Shown: one piece after another, positions 35,101 to 46,122 of the stretch
Numbering within the stretch: position 1 is the stretch's first letter
Layout of the letters: every line of letters starts with the position of its first letter
NCBI RefSeq assembly: GCF_964204865.1
Contig: NC_135260.1
Coordinates: 496,001 to 560,000 of the forward strand
Direction: 5' to 3'
DNA length: 64,000 bases
DNA from: Styela clava
Lineage: Eukaryota
Notes under the pieces: generated by a model
Database searches by the model: none
Seen by the model: only the letters and a program-made list of their open reading frames with translations
Told to the model about the DNA's origin: nothing
Made by a program: the position numbers and the translations under genes

Positions 35101-36195
35101 CTGTTCGACTTTTGTAGTTTGTGGGCGAAAAGTAGAGAAAAAGGCTTCCTTAGTTGACCACGGGGATGTAGCAGGGGCGGTAGTTTTCTTGTCTTTGTAT
35201 CCTGTGTGAAAAAGTGAGTTGATATTACAATTTTAAAGCAAGATTCATAGTTTTAGGTGCTTTAAGGAAAGAATGAGATACTGATTGGCAGTGCAAACTT
35301 TTTGTTTTTCAATGTTTTCGCATAATCGCCGTATTACTAATTACTATGACTGAAGAGGACTTTTTGTTCTAGTGCTTGAAAGACTTAGATTTTCTCACCC
35401 TGGGGAGTGGTCGTTTCTTTGACATCTACAACCGAGGGCTGCACTGAGTTCGTACTTAAATCTTCCAACCTCTTTTGTAATTGATCGAGCATACTTTCCG
35501 TCTCGTGTACTTGTTCCGTTAAAGCTGGGAAACATAAATATAAACAAATATTCAATTGAGCCATCAGTTTCACAGTCCATTATCAGTGAATTTTTTGTTG
35601 GAAGATATGTACCCTCACTCTCTGGGTAAAAATAAGAATATGAGACGGGTATTGCTAAACTACACGCCATGATTCAATTCTTCAAAATGGCGCAATAAAA
35701 ATATAAAATATTTGAATTTTTCAATAGAACGATTGTTTGACAAATATGAAAACATGGCAAACGTATTTCGAAGAAAACTATATTGTGAACACGAACCTTC
35801 CAGAGCCTTCTCTTGTTCTTTTGTGCACTGTCTCTCCTGAAATAGAACAAGAGAGAAATATTTAAATATATGGATATGAAGGCTGCACATCCGTGCAGTA
35901 AGGGCTCAGCAGAGCAAGTGTTATCATATGCCGTGAAAAAGTGTCTCCATGAATTAAATGAAAAACGTAAAATCTGGGATGAGGTATCGATTAAGATGAG
36001 TTTCGGTACTTATAGAATGATGGAAGAAATTTCTAGAAAATTCAATTTTTTCATTTTATTTTCAGATTGCAAACAAAACAGTTCAATTCCTGCAATAATA
36101 CCACCAGTATGAATCTACTACTACAGCTCTCACCGTAATAACGTCTCTCCAAGTAGGTTGATCGTCGCAAATCATAGGCATCCAGCATTGCTCAC
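19120..36195 (-). CDS. Gene B: multi-exon mosaic protein (Cys-rich N-terminus, coiled coil, 3x CCP/sushi, MAM-like, CCP, C-type lectin-like domain); signal-peptide exon not located
   Basis: Exons in transcript order, all GT-AG with matching phases: 36134-36195, 35797-35836, 35399-35524, 34288-34296 (microexon), 31730-31903, 30281-30454, 28284-28457, 25610-25748, 24354-24438, 23218-23299, 22757-22933, (optional 20332-20376), 19911-20113, 19120-19320 (TAA). The frame is open throughout; many NxS/T sites. Confidence 0.85.
20524..22055. mobile_element. Non-autonomous hAT-like element, 1.5 kb, in a gene B intron
   Basis: TAGGGAT.CGAC...GTCGCATCCCTA termini, TSD TTGCACA(G/T), subterminal CTCGGATTCG repeats. 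Confidence 0.8.
22515..22725. repeat. ~88-bp intronic tandem repeat x2-3 (single copy in gene A)
   Basis: ATATAGACAGCAGGTTAGGAATAAGGATGG recurs near 22520, 22607 and 22695. Confidence 0.7.
22757..22933 (-). CDS. Gene B CCP/sushi exon (fourth CCP)
   Basis: 177-nt phase 1-1 exon TPCVKQNLANG...YSCRNGFTLEG...TCNADGSWSTTPVCTP. Confidence 0.88.
23218..25748 (-). CDS. Gene B MAM-like domain exons (25610-25748, 24354-24438, 23218-23299)
   Basis: Phases 1-2, 2-0, 0-1 are consistent; homologous to the gene A exons; ends VQLELEASGNVELDNITTLNSSEC. Confidence 0.65.
23563..23830. mobile_element. hAT-like MITE
   Basis: CAATGTTTCCCAAACT...AGTTTGGGAATCCCTG termini; absent from the gene A intron. Confidence 0.65.
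25143..25549. mobile_element. hAT-like MITE in a gene B intron
   Basis: CAGGGGTTCCCAAG...CTTGGGAACTCCTG with degenerate 8-bp TSD CTCTAGAG/CTCAAAAG; empty site in gene A at ~10093; related copy at ~49972-50347. Confidence 0.75.
25965..26930. repeat. 47-bp tandem satellite (~20 units) in a gene B intron
   Basis: Unit GCACTCACTCAGAAGTAAAGGAGACTCATTTGTAAGCAAAGTTACAG with exact 47-bp spacing. Confidence 0.95.
27383..27557. mobile_element. MITE family 1 copy, truncated at the edge of the sushi triplication
   Basis: GTACCAAGATGGCGGACACC...AACCTAACCTGGTACAC. Confidence 0.7.
28284..28457 (-). CDS. Gene B CCP/sushi exon copy 3
   Basis: 174 nt, CAG/GTAAGT, VRTCPAPKAPDNG...YSCNAGYVIQG...CGENGTWGEVPTCI. 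Confidence 0.88.
30281..30454 (-). CDS. Gene B CCP/sushi exon copy 2
   Basis: 174 nt, CAG/GTAAGT, VRTCPAPEAPDNG...YSCNAGYVLQG...CRENGTWGEVPTCV; not shown in the ORF track. Confidence 0.88.
31730..31903 (-). CDS. Gene B CCP/sushi exon copy 1
   Basis: 174 nt, CAG/GTAAGT, VRTCPAPKAPDNGTVNIATAFEV...CRENGTWGEVPTCV. Confidence 0.88.
34288..34296 (-). CDS. Gene B candidate 9-nt microexon
   Basis: Minus strand TACTCAC-G-T10-GTTCAG|TTTTGGTAG|GTGAGT; frame-preserving; positionally conserved in gene A. Confidence 0.6.
   Translation of the reverse strand, partial: FW
34362..34799. mobile_element. Foldback element with long TIRs; related nested copies at 33320-34220 and 10877-11160
   Basis: TCCCACAAGATGGCGTACATAGTC...GACTATGTACGCCATCTTGTGGGA with an inner TACTTCTAGTGGGCGTAGCAT inverted repeat. 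Confidence 0.8.
35399..36195 (-). CDS. Gene B N-terminal Cys exons and coiled-coil exon (36134-36195, 35797-35836, 35399-35524)
   Basis: EQCWMPMICDDQPTWRDVIT|ERQCTKEQEKALE|ALTEQVHETESMLDQLQKRLEDLSTNSVQPSVVDVKETTTPQ; phases consistent. Confidence 0.75.
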
Positions 36196-36734
36196 CTGTT
36201 AAGAGAAAATTAGAATTAGAGTCGAGCGAAATAATAGTTTAAAAATAAGTTTATGACAGATAAACGAAAGTTATGTTACTGAACTTTTTTCATAACGAGA
36301 CTAGTTCAGTACCTATTTCCTTATGGCGCGCATTCGCTCATTCCATATTTAATTTCATACTGCTACCCACGTCATGCGAACGCACTATTTTCCTCGATGA
36401 TGATTGGTCGAATCAAATTTGTAAAATTACGCCCGCCATTGGGAAACCTAACAATGTTTAGCGGTCTTGAGGGCGTGGGCGAAAATCCGACCGATCACCG
36501 CGATTCAATTTCTGGTTTCTGAGAATCGTTTCAATTTTTCTAGCAAGCAATAAACTCGGGAAAGTTGAATTTCCCCCTAGTTTGCTGCTACCTCTATACG
36601 CCTTTCTACCCGAACAAGACTCTCTGTGAACGAACGGCCACTGATACGTAACTATCTGCTATATTTTGGATCGGCAGCGATGTTGTTGATTCGGCATTGC
36701 TTAATCAGTTAACAACACCCTGGGTGAGGTGGTG

Positions 36735-36817
36735 GGTATGAAGTTGAACCCAACATTCTAACTCGCGATGCCAGAATATCTGAGTCAAACGCTTTACCAA
36801 TGGGCCACCACACCCGC
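36735..36817 (-). mobile_element. tRNA-like SINE head fragment
   Basis: Minus strand TGGCCCATTGGTAAAGCG (A box) ... GGGTTCAAC (B box); no complete cloverleaf. Confidence 0.45.
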
Positions 36818-37710
36818 TAATCTATAAGCGATTTTTCACTTCTAAACATTTGAGCGTACGTGACGATATTTAAAATGTAAGTTTAAAAACAAAAAAATTC
36901 TTTCATAGGAGATTTCGAAGCCAAAAAAAGTTTTACAATGAAGGAGGGATCATTTAGTAAGATCCACGGTCAGGACGGAACTTCGACGATAAGAGGCCCT
37001 AGACTGCGCTGTTTGTGAGGCTCCTCTTATATTATGGCGTCATAAATGAATCGCGTGGCATTTTAGCTGCTGGCAAAATACGTAGCAAATCGTCCAAGTA
37101 GATTGGGTATTTGATTTAGAAACTCTGGCCGTAACAAAATACCACGAAACCGGAGCACCGTTTTTCAAATTTATACAAATTCATTATTTCACAGTTTTTA
37201 ATTTTCAAAACGGTAAATATTCGGGACGAGAATTTATTTGATTAATATCTGCTTTAAAAAATAAATTCTAACCCTGTTTTACTCTGGAACAATCCTTTAC
37301 AATTTAAAAACGACTTGAAACTAATAATAGTTTTAAAATGGAATGCCGAGGCCCCTAAGATTTGAGGCCCATATTCTTTAGCTTACGTTGCCTGGTAAAT
37401 CCGGCCTTTTTACGGTACAGCAACGCATTCAATACGTGGCAAAATAAACGAGGTGTTCGAGGAAAAAAGCTATCAGATAAAATATCATTATTTTAAAAAT
37501 AAATGTCGGTTTAACCGTCATCGAAAGACCGAGGTTTGTCATAGCATTACACCGCCATACCGGCTTCCTCTACGTCGTAATAAATAAATATTCCCCCAGA
37601 TACAAATATGCCAGCCGTGACGCGAGAAACAGATAAGAAATTTGTCAATAGAACTATGTCAATTCACAGTGTCGCCATGCCGCATATATTAGCTAAAGCG
37701 CTGATCAACG

Positions 37711-37823
37711 GGTGTTCCCCGAAGTATTCGTACCAAGATGGCACACAACCTGAACATAGTATGTGTACCAGATTGAGGTTGTTCAGGTTGTGCGTCATCT
37801 TGGTACGAATACTCCCGGAGCGC
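37711..37823. mobile_element. MITE family 2 (related ~110-bp palindrome); further copies at 15708-15798, 44725-44835, 50875-50983, 61596-61695
   Basis: AGTAT.TG.ACCAAGATGGCGCACAACCTGAAC...GTTCAGGTTGTGCG.CATCTTGGT.CA.ATACT. Confidence 0.8.
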
Positions 37824-38118
37824 CAAAAATTGTGCAAAAAGGCGAAGAAGAAACACTTTATTTCTAGAATTTAACAAATTTTAACATCTTATAAATGTAC
37901 TCGTTAATCTGGATTCGATAGTTAGAAGAGAATAAAGCGTTCATGCCGTTTAAATATTAATGGCCTGATTTTTGGAGTCTTCATATAATTTTCAGATAAC
38001 TAATCCTCTGTACAAATCAATAATTTTCATGTTTGAAAATCGCTGAGGAGGTTTTCAATGTTTATTTTACTTTTTGCTTTAGTAGAATCAGCAATTAATA
38101 CTACCCGATTAAAAAAAC

Positions 38119-38261
38119 GGCGCTCCAGAAGTATGTGCACCAAGATGGCGGACACCGGAACGTCGTATGTGTGCCAGGTTAGGCCATAATTTTTAACCTA
38201 ACCTGGTACACATACGGCGTTTCGGTGCCCACCATCTTGCTGCACATACTTCTGAAGTGCC
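38119..38261. mobile_element. MITE family 1, short palindromic copy
   Basis: GGCGCTCCAGAAGTATGTGCACCAAGATGGCGG...CATACTTCTGAAGTGCC. Confidence 0.8.
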
Positions 38262-39192
38262 AAAAACAGCGTTAACACTATGGAATAAAGTAAGGAGTAC
38301 CTCACCAGCTGGTATTAAATATTCGAAGAAAATACTACAGTGCGCCCCAAAAAACAAAACACAGGCAAGCAAGCAAACCAACAAAGCATGCACGGTTACA
38401 CTGACCTTTAATCAATAAATACGCCTCCACCAACAGTATTAGTCCGATGAAACTGGGTCGAATCGGAATCTGCATTTCGAATGCAAAAATTTCGTCTTTT
38501 TTTTTCTTCAATGAGAGTCGATGTTCGAACAACGTAGGTTAAAATGAAGCTTCAGTCTATTTGCATCGGAATATATCTCATGCAAGCTCACTCACTACTC
38601 TAAAACGGAAAGATAAATTGTTTTCTCTCTTTTAAATTTTAGGATACGTGTTGCGTCACAAAAAAGAGAGCTTGTTAAATGCTGCTCTTTCTATCTTTAT
38701 GAAACGATGACGACGTCACAACCACGCCCGTCAGAGCAATATTTGGTGGAATTTTGCGCGATATGGCGATATATTATATATGCGCGATATATTAGCCGCC
38801 ACCATGTTTCCTAATTTATGAGAATACAGGCCAAACATGTCTTGCCCGCTCCCAATATTGCCCTTGGCGAAACGGATTTTGCTGGCGCATTCTGGGTAGA
38901 TATAAGTATATTAACTAAAAATTAAAAGTTTAGGCTCAATAATGATTCTGAATTCCTAGCCTTCACCCTAACTGGATATTTACTGATTATTTTATTTTGA
39001 GCGGTGGCGGATAAATTTTTTTTTTTGACCAAAATTTCCTTCTCTAATGTTTTCAATGCACGGCCCTATTTTCTTAGCGTAATGCACGAATCGTCACCAA
39101 GATCGTGGCGTTTGGTAACTATCGGTGTCAAAAGTCTGATGCTTCTGGTCTCGGAATTTCCTCTCGAATAACAGTTTAGCGGTGTTCACCAG

Positions 39193-39346
39193 TCGAATAT
39201 AGGATTTCGGAGGTCGAATATAGAATTTTGAACGTCGAATATAGGATGTTGGACGTCGAATATAAGATTTTGGACGTCGAATATAGGATTTCAAACGTCA
39301 AATATAGAATTTTGAACGTCGAATATAGGATTTTGGACGTCGAATA
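39193..39346. repeat. 21-bp tandem repeat (~7 units)
   Basis: GTCGAATATAGGATTTTGGAC repeated. Confidence 0.9.
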
Positions 39347-40631
39347 CTCGGTTCACCTGCTTTGGAAGAGCAGAACAAGAAATCGCCACCTTGAACGCCG
39401 CGTCGCCAACTTCCAGTCGTTATGAAATAGAGATTTGAACAACCTTGGATTCGCTACACGCAAAGCTTGTAAAGTAACTTTAATCATGATTTTGTACCAA
39501 GTTAAAAAGCTAGTAAAAGGATAAAACGACTTCTTGGTTGTACAAAGTTATTTATTCATCCGCGAAATTTTTGAAGCGACTTCTGGCTGATTCGAGCAAG
39601 TCAGTATGCCGTATTTTACGGACCACAAGGCGCACACAAAATCTTTTTATGAACCAGTTACACAAATGTATGGATCAGCTAAAGCTACACTCAACACTAG
39701 TTCTGGTACCGGCTGCGTCTTTTAACTCAGTGCAAATTATGTACGGAGAAGCCTCAGCCCTCGCATTTAATGACGGTGCCCCCTAACCCCGGTTCGCCAT
39801 ATATCAATGTAGAGTAGCAGATGTCACATGAACTTGTTCGGCGTTACGTGAGTTGATTTCATAGATGGGCAAGCGATTTGAGTCGCATATGTCTGTTCAG
39901 TTGATCACAATATTCCATGGCCATGTGTTAGTGCGATGAACTTATGTTTGTGCCACAGTTGAACTAGGATAAATAAGTTAGATTGGCTTCCAAATGGATG
40001 TATAGACCTTTGCCCCAAGCCTGGCACTAGATAACATTTATCAAATATGTAGGTATAGTATAGCATATGACGCTGAAAACCTGATCATCAAAACTTCCTG
40101 TGCAATTCCAGCTACAGATCGTTCGACCTAATTTTCTTTGTATTGTTCATAGGTGACGCCATGATTTCAAAGTATCGCATTTCCAAAACTCAATCGTGAT
40201 TATACGAGATCATTATCGTTTAAAAAATCGCGAAAGCTCACGTCAATCATTTACTTTCTGTGCAAACAGCCCATTAACACTAAATATATCACTAAGATGT
40301 TCTGATTATAATTTTAATCAAAGTCTTCATTATATTTTCAAAAATTGACATATCACACGTAGTCGAAATGCATTGAAATACCGCGAATCAGGGACTAAAA
40401 CGAGTTGGATTTTGCTACTATGAAAATTTGCAATGTTTACGCTTTATCATGTGATTTGTCAAGAGTCGGAATTTCATTGACGAAAAAATTACTTAAAAAT
40501 TTTGATAAATTGAAAAAAACATGAATTTTACCTTCCACACATGGCACTTATTTACGGCGATTGCTCTGAATAAGGCCTTACATCAACTACCGCTGATAGG
40601 TAACGGCTACTAGTATTCGGGAATTATGCCC

Positions 40632-40850
40632 AAGTATGTGAACCAAAATGGCGGACACCGGAACGTAGTATGTGTACCAGGCTACGGTTTGGCCATAATT
40701 TTATTCCAATTTTCCTTGTTTCAGTTCTATTACGAGTTTGGGGACTAGACAAATGACTCTCTTGCAGAATTTGTACTTAAAATTATGGCCTAATCTTAAC
40801 CTGGTATACATACTAGGTTTCAATGTCCGCCATCTTGGTTCACATACTTC
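40632..40850. mobile_element. MITE family 1 copy
   Basis: AAGTATGTGAACCAAAATGGCGGACA...TGTCCGCCATCTTGGTTCACATACTT. Confidence 0.85.
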
Positions 40851-41064
40851 GAGAATAACTTATTGGGTGCATTGGGGGTGAATCTAGTAATCTAAGTAAA
40901 GAGCTAAAGAGGTAATAAGCGCTAGTATAAAGTGATATAGTGGCACTCGAGTAAGATTCCCCCTTGTAATTCCCACACATGGTAGATTTCCCACAAAAAT
41001 ATTGTTCGCGTGTGTTTCATCCGGGCTACCTGTGTCTGCTTAAATTATGATTATATAAACGTTA

Positions 41065-44000
41065 GCCTAGCTGTTGTAAATGAACTTTTTTTTTTTCATA
41101 TTGAGTTCGGCCCAGTAACCAAGTCTTTTACTTGTAAGGGCTTACTCGAAAACATTATTGCCCACCCCTGGACGTTAGTCAATCAAATTTAAAATCGGAG
41201 TACTGAATCACGTGACAATATTTGTGACATACAGAATATTTAAAAGTATGGAAAAAAGTTTGTGTGAGTATGAACGAAAAGGTTGCACAATCACCTATAT
41301 TTCTAGCTCCTGTGTGTGTGATCATTGCCTGATTCATTATTGAGTAATTACCATAAACACTAATTAAACTTTATTCCCACTTTTAGAATCCATACTCTCA
41401 ACGCATGATAGCTGTTAACAAAAAAAGTAAATTTACCACACAACTCACTGTTAGAGTTGTCTTTGCCACAGCTATTTCCGGGTGATTGACGTCGGCACAA
41501 TGTTTTAGAAGGCGCAATGGCCAAGCTGTTGAAGCGTTTGACTTAATATATACTATACTAAGCTTGTTAGGGTCTTTCGCTCCGAATAAGGCCCTGTGCA
41601 AGCAGCCATTGATATCTAACGATATTTAACGGGCTATTGTCATTTGGAAGGACCGGGATTATCCAGGGTTGACAGAGACTTCGGAATATACGTAACCTTA
41701 TTTGCTTAAAATAATTTGTGTAAAATATTAGTAGCGTTGCGCTATGGAATATCTCGTATATCGTTTCGAATATCTCACATTGAATAGTTTTCTCTATTAC
41801 GTTGTCTCATTTATTGGCGATTGGTGCATCTTGCTGTGCGGATACGCTTACCATCACATCTCTGGTTACCCTGCGTGGAGGCGAGAGGATTCCTGGGTGG
41901 TTTAATTCAACGCTGGTCGGTTCCAGCTTTCTCCATCATTAAGTCCATGCATATGAAAACAAATAATAGCTGACTAATCTCATATTTTATGTGGACTGGT
42001 AATTGGACGAGAGGCCGTGGATCGCCACATGATTAGTCCGTCTTATCGACTTTCTTCTCCTCCGAATTTAATATTTAATAAATCCCATGTTATGATTTCG
42101 AAGTTTGACATGAATAATGGAAATGTATCCCGAATTTGTGTTATCAAAACAGGTATTGAAGAACTTTAAACAATAAACGTAACCTCATTTGCTTAAATTA
42201 TTTTGTGTAAAATATGGTGCGAAAATAAGCTAAAAATCTCCGTGGCAACTCAAAATTAAATAATTTTAAAAGCGTTTTTAAAATATGGCTTCAATAAAAA
42301 AATTAGGGAATTCATCTCGAACTTTGGCTGCCCAAAAAGATGACGACATTTTGGAATTTTTTTCTGAATAGATTCGAATAATTTACTATTTGATTCGGTT
42401 TGAATATTCGATTCCAAGTGCCCAGCCCTCGTTAGAACCAGACCTGTGGAATGGGAATTTACTGTTGTCAGTGCCGGAGTCGTATTTTCAATTTTCCGGA
42501 TTCGTATGATGGGTTTGAAATTCTGAATTCTTCGTGGTCAAAAATAGAAGTTCCAGAATTTCAGTGGTTATTGTAAAGTCAAATTTCCATTAAGAAGCCA
42601 GAAAGCTTCAAGTTTTCCAAGCGCTTCTAACTATCTATTGAAGAAGGCTTGCACACGCTATGTTTTAATGTTAAAATATGAATTTTCGGTGTTCGGGTCT
42701 CCCCATCCTAAAATCGGGTAATATGAAGGAGATTTATATTGTTTCTAAATCCAAGTTAATACCAAAATGCTTGCTTATTAGTTATTATTTGAAAAATTCG
42801 TTTATGACAGTAGAATATGTCTCACGAAAAAATGACGCCATAATAGATTCCCCGTTTTCCCCGCGCTCTGAGAAAACTTTGAAAAATAGACACCAAAATA
42901 GGCTCTAAGCTTGATTTTAGATTTAGATTTTTTGTTAATTAGGTGTTAGAATTCCCGAGAAATAAATAACAAGCACGGCTTTCAACAAGTAATTTTCAAC
43001 TGATAGTGACTAATGAAGTTACTTGTTCATCTAGCATATGGCATTGAATGGCTACTTATGTCTTGTTACACAAAAAACATGGGGAAATCACTCGATGTGC
43101 CGCGAATATTTAAAGTGCTCATTAGTGTGCCGCGATATAAAAAGGGGTAGGAACCGCTGGGCCGTAGCTGTTGTAATTAAACTTTTTTTTTATAATATTG
43201 AGTTCAAAGAGTCCGGCCCAGAAACCAAGTCTATTATCTGCAGTTGGCCCACTCGGAAAAATTATTTCCCACCTCTGGACGTTAGCCAATCAAATTTAAA
43301 ATCGGAGTACTGAATCACGTGATAATTTTTGTGACATACAGAATATTTAAAAGTATGGAAAAAAGTTTGTGTGAGTGTGAACGAAAAGGTTGCACAATCA
43401 CCTATATTTCTAGCTCCCGTGTGTGTGATCATTGCCTGATTCATTATTGAGTAATTACCATAAACACTACTTAAACTTTATTCCCACTTTTAGAATCCAT
43501 GCTCCCAACGCATGATAGCTGTTAACAAAAAAAGTAAATTAACCACACAACTCACTGTTAGAGTTGTCCGTGCCACAGCAATTTCCGGGTGATTGACGTC
43601 GGCACAATGTTTTAGAGGGCGCAATAACCAAGCTGTTGAAGCGATCGACTATATATTATACTAAGCTTGTTAAGGTCTTTCGCTCCTAACAAGGCCCTGT
43701 GCAAGCAGCCATTGATATCTAACGATATTTAACCGGCAATTGCCCCCCCCCCCAATTTATTTCACCATGATGAGGTGGGGCAAGGAAATTGAACCTGAAA
43801 AAGTAATCTGTCATAGCCTACCAACACATTTAAATCCAAGCACAATGCTATCGAACCGCTCATCAGCGATTTCTACTGAAGCGACAAACATTGTTCATTG
43901 GCGCATATGGCCCGTGGGTCACAGTTTGCCCACGCCTGTTTTATTGCTCAAACATACAAAATACCACTCGGCAGAAGAATCGAGACGATCGTAATCATAC

Positions 44001-45385
44001 CTTGAATATATCCCGAACTTGCCTTATCAAAACACGCATTGTAGAAACTTCGAAAAAACACGCAACCTTATTTTCTAAAATTAATTTGTGCAAAATATAC
44101 GACGCGTCGCACTATAGAATTTCATTTTGAATATCTCGCATTGAAATTACTTTTGGTTTTGTCTATCACATTGTCTCATTTATTGGCGGTTGCCACATCT
44201 TGCTGAGCGGATACGCTTACCATCGCACCTGGTTACCCTGCATGGAGGCGAGAGGATTCCTGGGTGGTTCAATTCAACGCTGGTCGGTTACAGCTTTCTC
44301 CATCATTAAGTCCATGCATATGAAAATAAATAATAGCTGACTAACTAATCTCATATTTTATGTAGACTGGTAATTGGACGATAGACCGTGGTTCGCCATA
44401 TGATTAGTCCGTCTTATCGACTTTCTTCTCCTCCGAATTCAATATGAAAATCTCATCTTATGATTTAGCCATCGATGAAAACATGAAAATCGACAACAAT
44501 GCATTAGTCGTTACCTGAAATCTATTGCCAACATAGTCTGGTTCAGAGCAGTCGAGCCGAAGTTTGACATGAATGATAGAAATGTATCCCGAACTTGTGT
44601 TATCAAAACAGATGTTGCAGAGATTTAAACAAAAAACGTAACCATATTTGCCTAAATTATTTTGTGTAAAAATATGGTGCGAAACTAAGATAAAAATCTG
44701 CATGTAAACTCAAAAAGAATTAATGGCGCTCCAGAAATATGTGTACCAGATGACACACAACCTGATAACCATAGCCTGGTACACATACTATGTTCAGGTT
44801 GTGCGTCATCTTGGTACACATACTTCTGGAGCACCGAATTCATTTTACAAAGCGTTTTCTTACAATATGGCTTGAATATTAAAATTGGGGAATTCATTTC
44901 GAACTTTGGCTGCTAAAAAATGGCGACATTTTGAAATTTTTGTCTGAATTGATTCGAATAATTTACTATTTGGTTCCAGATCCCCAGCCCTAGTTAGAAC
45001 CAGAGTTGTGGAATTGGAGTTCACTGTAGCCAATGCCAAGGCGATATTTTCAATTTTCCGGAGTCGTAGGATGGATTTGAAATTCTGAATTCCTCGTGGC
45101 CAAGAGTAGAAGTTTTAGAATTTCAGTTGTGATTGTACAAGTCAAATTTTCCCCAAGAAGCCAGAAAGCTTTAAATTTTCTGGGCGCTTCTAACTATCTC
45201 TTAAAGAAGGTTCGCCCACGGTATGTTTTAATGTTAAAATGTAAATTTTCGATGTTCGGGTCTTCTCTTCCTAAAATCGGGTAATATGAAGGAGATTTAT
45301 ATTGTTTCTAAATCCAAGAAATGCTTGCTTATTAGTTATTATTTGAAAAATTCGTTTATGACAGCAAAATATGTCTCACGAAAAT
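41065..45385. repeat. Tandem duplication of a ~1.8-2.2 kb non-coding block
   Basis: 41065-42835 aligns with 43165-45385; copy 2 has extra inserts (43740-44020; MITE 44725-44835). Confidence 0.9.
41815..42088 (+). mobile_element. Probable tRNA-derived SINE; other copies or fragments at 44183-44458, 4405-4515, 10395-10510, 25865-25961
   Basis: Shared body GGACTGGTAATTGGACGAGAGGCCGTGGTTCGCCA...CGTCTTATCGACTTTCTTCTCC; the 10395 piece shows A-box/B-box-like motifs. Confidence 0.55.
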
Positions 45386-45457
45386 ATGCCGAACTCTTAT
45401 ATGACGACAGTACATTCCCTGTTATGTATAATACAAGGTATGACATCGTATTATGAC

Positions 45458-46122
45458 TAGGGCTGGAAATGGTCGACTGGTTAATCGGTTAACCGATTTT
45501 AGATGGTTAACGGTTACGATTTATTTTAACCGTTAACTGACATCTCATGTACAAATCATCTTTATAATGTACAATTCCTTCAAAAATGATTACGTCATCA
45601 CACATTTATCTTCTGTGGCGTTTAGTTCAAAAGAATATCACTAACTGTATTGGTAAGGACTCAATAAATGTGAAAAATAATTTGAAGTACCAAGATTGCT
45701 GAGTATGCAAAATTTGACAATGATAAGTTCAATCATAAGTTTTATTGCAAAATCGTATATTCAATGTCATCCAACAAGTGCGCAGTTGATGCTGTTTTTC
45801 TTTATGAGATCTCAAAGTAGAATTTGCAAATCGATCACTAAAAATTAATCACATAAATGACATTTAATAACGGAATCTGGTTTTACTAAAATACTACCAT
45901 ATGTTCGAACCACGCTGCATATCTCTTGCAGCAGAGCGATCATCAAACTATCTTGATTCGTGAATAATTTTGAGCGATACCGGGATAAGATCAAGCGAAA
46001 GTTCTTTGTAACCATTGTGACGTAACAAGCTAAAATTATAAATTATTACGTGAAGCGCTACGCCGCGGTTAACCAGTTAATTTTAACCAGTTACATTGTT
46101 TTTCCTGAAATTCCCAGCCCTA
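45458..46122. mobile_element. Non-autonomous hAT-like element
   Basis: TAGGGCTGG...CCAGCCCTA termini, perfect 8-bp TSD ATTATGAC. Confidence 0.88.

Noticed and set aside
36134-36188. ATG-initiated frame MLDAYDLRRSTY... as the start of gene B (MLDSYGSRR... in A)
   Set aside because: Its exon phase puts the coiled-coil exon out of frame (stop in A); the EQCWMPMIC frame fits all downstream phases.
36735-36817. Functional tRNA gene
   Set aside because: A and B boxes are present but the acceptor stem and cloverleaf cannot be formed; better explained as a SINE head.
38795-38821. Perfect Kozak GCCGCCACCATG on the plus strand
   Set aside because: Followed by a stop after five codons (MFPNL*) with no splice donor before it.
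39094-39425. Repetitive ORFs (KSYIRRP / NVEYRIL)
   Set aside because: Products of a 21-bp tandem repeat; no splice or start context.
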